Positions 61,095 to 64,000 of a stretch of 64,000 bases of DNA are shown here, one piece after another. The notes beneath the pieces are model-generated. The model worked only from the letters and a program-made list of their open reading frames with translations, searched no databases and was not told the DNA's origin. A program made the translations under genes and the position numbers. The stretch's first letter is position 1; every line of letters starts with the position of its first letter. The stretch comes from an uncultured Methanosarcinaceae archaeon (GTDB lineage Archaea; Halobacteriota; Methanosarcinia; Methanosarcinales; Methanosarcinaceae). The stretch lies in assembly GCA_963833425.1 (NCBI GenBank), contig CAWHXP010000007.1, positions 160,001-224,000 on the forward strand, in the 5' to 3' direction.

Positions 61095-61809
61095 CGATTT
61101 TAATACATTTATAAATTGAGTACACTGCTACAATAATATGGGTACTATGGGAATCAACAGCAGAGCTTTTAACTTTGGATTAATGATAGTTCACCTTAAA
61201 AAAGTCATTTTTTAGTTCTTAGATTAAGGTAATACTATTTTTAATGTAATTGGACTTAATTTAATTAAAATTAATATCTTTGAGAGGAATTTTTGTTCCC
61301 GACATTTTTGACCTTGTATCATTGATTGAAGATTCAGGAGAATCAGCTATAAGATGTTGCAGCAGGGAATAATCCAGAAGATTAAGACTGTAAACTGGCT
61401 ACATCTATCCTAAAACCAGAGTAATTTTTGTTTCACAAACAACTGTTTATTACCTCAGATAATTTATATAATATTTTCCTGATTTGTAGAAATAATTTTG
61501 AAATTGACAAAATTTGTAACTACTGTTTATTCTAAGATATTTACTTTAGTTGAAGCGTACGAGAATAAAATAGAAGGGAATAAATATCACAAACAATTTT
61601 ACTTGATTTAAATATCATAAAAAAAAAATATCATGATCAAAATTTGAAATCATTAGGATCTCTGTAGTTGGACTGAAAAATCAATAGTATCGAAACCATT
61701 AATGTCTGAAATGCAGATTTGATCACAAAATCTATTGTACATAATTTCGCACCCAACGCAAATTCTAATTACATAAAAAACGAGGTATTAGGTCATAAGG
61801 TAGGTAAAA

Positions 61810-63268
61810 ATGGAAAAGAAAAATGTTTTGATCTTGGGAACGGCCTCACATGTTGGGAAAAGTTCAGTAGTGACTGCCTTATGCAGGATACTGTCAAGAA
61901 AATACAGGGTTGCTCCCTTCAAGGCTCAAAATATGAGTCTAAATTCCTGGATTACAAAAGATGGAAAAGAAATTGGAATTGCTCAGGCAATCCAAGCAAA
62001 AGCTGCAGGTTCCGAACCAACTGCTGATATGAATCCTGTTCTCCTGAAACCCAAAGGGGATTTTGTTTCCCAGATAATCCTTCTCGGAGAGCCTTATTCT
62101 GACAAAAGTGCAGGCCAGTACTATGATTCCATCTCAGAAATGAATGCAGTCCTTGAATTAGCTCTAGACAGGCTTTCTGTAGAATATGACATAATTGTTA
62201 TGGAAGGAGCAGGCGCAGCTGCCGAAATTAATCTATATGAAAGAGATATTGTAAATGTAGGCACCGCGAGGCTTACGCAAGCTCCAATAATACTTGTTGG
62301 TGATATTGAGAGAGGAGGCGTTTTCTCAAGCCTTTATGGAACAGTTGCACTTTTGCCTGAAGATGTACAGAAAAACGTCAAAGGGTTTATTATTAATAAG
62401 TTCCGAGGAGACATGGAAATTTTGAAGCCAGGACTTAAACAACTTGAAGAGAAGACTGGAATTCCGGTACTTGGGGTTCTTCCTTATTTCAAGCTCCATA
62501 TTCCCTCAGAAGATTCAGTTTCACTTGAGGATAAAAAAAATCCAAAAAATGAAAAAGGTATAGAAATCATAGTCATAAATCTACCCAGAATATCAAATTT
62601 CACTGACTTCGAACCTCTGGAGGAACTAGCCAATATTCGCTATGTGAACCTTCACGAAGAACTCGGAACCCCTGATGCAATCATAATCCCAGGTACAAAA
62701 AATACTGTTAATGATTTGATCGACTTAAAAGCAAGCGGAATGGCTGAAAAAATCAAAGCTTTTAAAGGAAAAATTCCTATTTTCGGGATATGTGGAGGCT
62801 ATCAGATAATGGGGAAAACAATTTTCGATTCAGGGGTTGAAAATGGGATTGAAGCAGAATTTAAAGGCCTTGGCCTTCTGGATGTGGCGACAAAGTTCGG
62901 AACATACAAAAAGAAGACGATTCAGGTCACAAAAATAGTTAATCCCTGTGGCCCGATCCTCACTCCCATATGTGGGGAGGAAATAAAAGGATATGAAATC
63001 CATATGGGAATTACGGATTCCCTTCTGCAGCATATTTGGGGACGATGGTGCAATTGACAAGGAAGGCCTGGTAATTGGCACGTACATTCATGGTCTTTTT
63101 GAGAACAAGAATATCAGAGATGCACTTGTGCAGTACCTCTACAAGAAAAAAGGACTCGAATTCATGCCTGAAGATGTTATGACCGAAAACGACGCTTACG
63201 ACGAGCTCGCAAATTTTGTTGAGAGGAATTTGGATATGAAAAAAATTAACAAAATAATAGGAATATGA
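61810..63268 (+). pseudogene. cobQ: Cobyric acid synthase, frameshift near 63020
   Basis: GTASHVGKS, PFKAQNMSLNS, MNPVLLKP, ISNFTDF, GICGGYQ, GYEIHMG; GTYIHGLFEN in a second frame. Confidence 0.93.
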
Positions 63269-63312
63269 AAAAAATGTGGAGATATAATTTGTTAAAGTTA
63301 TGCAATTGAATT

Positions 63313-63403
63313 GAGGGGTATTTTCGATAAATCCTAAATTTTGTCATCTTCCAATGGATGTACATGGATGACTCGTGAAAACAGAGATCCATAGAAATCC
63401 TCT
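63313..63403. mobile_element. IS5-derived MITE
   Basis: GAGGGGTATTTTCGATAAA...GAAATCCTCT with shared internal motifs. Confidence 0.6.
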
Positions 63404-63519
63404 AGAAAGAAATGAGCTTAAGATATCAAACTGTTTATAAAGTAAATGTGATTAGAACACCTATTGTACTTTCTTTTACGCTTTAAGTGTGTGAATACTA
63501 CTATTTTTCAAGTTAAATG

Positions 63520-63660
63520 GTGACTACTCCCCTGACTAGAGTGAGGGGCAACTATCGGCTTTACGAATAAATTCTAACCCCTATCTGAGAATGTTAATAG
63601 CAGCATTATGATCTCTATCAAGAATAAAACCACAGAAAAGACACTATTGCTCTACCTTTC
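63520..63660 (-). mobile_element. tnpB: 3' remnant of tnpB with IS200/IS605 right end
   Basis: CLFCGFILDRDHNAAINILR (zinc ribbon/RuvC-III), then hairpin CCCCTCAC-TCTA-GTCAGGGG and terminal GTAGTCAC. Confidence 0.8.
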
Positions 63661-64000
63661 TAAATGTTATGTGAATCTGTTATGTGTTCGTGATATTTGA
63701 TTTATATGTTTACAAATCTGATACTAACTGTTGTTTTATTTTCACGATCATACTGCAAGGTGCCCACTGCTTCAGATGTGAGTTCACCATTTTATAATCG
63801 TAATGAGATCGATATCATTTGGATTTGTTAATTTTACTGATGTGTTTATCAAGCCATCAAGGTATCAATGCTTATAGATACAGAGTAACGAGCTTTTGAT
63901 TGAGAATAGAATTCAAACCGCTTTTCAAAAAAATATTTTTGTGCAAGAAGACTATTTAATCTGATAAAGGATCTGTCAATAAATTATCAATTTAAATTTA

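Overview
AT-rich archaeal chromosome segment, most consistent with Methanosarcina (archaeal CoA pathway coaBC/PoK/PPS, HdrC, deoxyhypusine synthase, RIO2, CobQ, cydAB). About 1-28.9 kb is a decaying accessory region. It holds an apparently intact cytochrome bd operon, an orphan hdrC, several small secreted repeat proteins that share a related leader, and a sulfatase-associated island (arylsulfatase, HAD hydrolase, DUF1269, DUF202, DUF1622, HdeD, two NRAMP-like transporters). The island also contains a frameshifted Cache-domain/pentameric ligand-gated ion channel fusion. About 29-63 kb carries housekeeping genes interspersed with dead IS elements (IS5, IS6, IS630, IS200/IS605-TnpB), MITEs, a dead superoxide dismutase and a dead two-component locus. 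Many genes are broken. Some show real decay (nonsense substitutions), others only single-base indels that may be assembly errors. No rRNA, tRNA or CRISPR array was recognised. All calls are by eye, with no database searches, and pseudogene boundaries are approximate.
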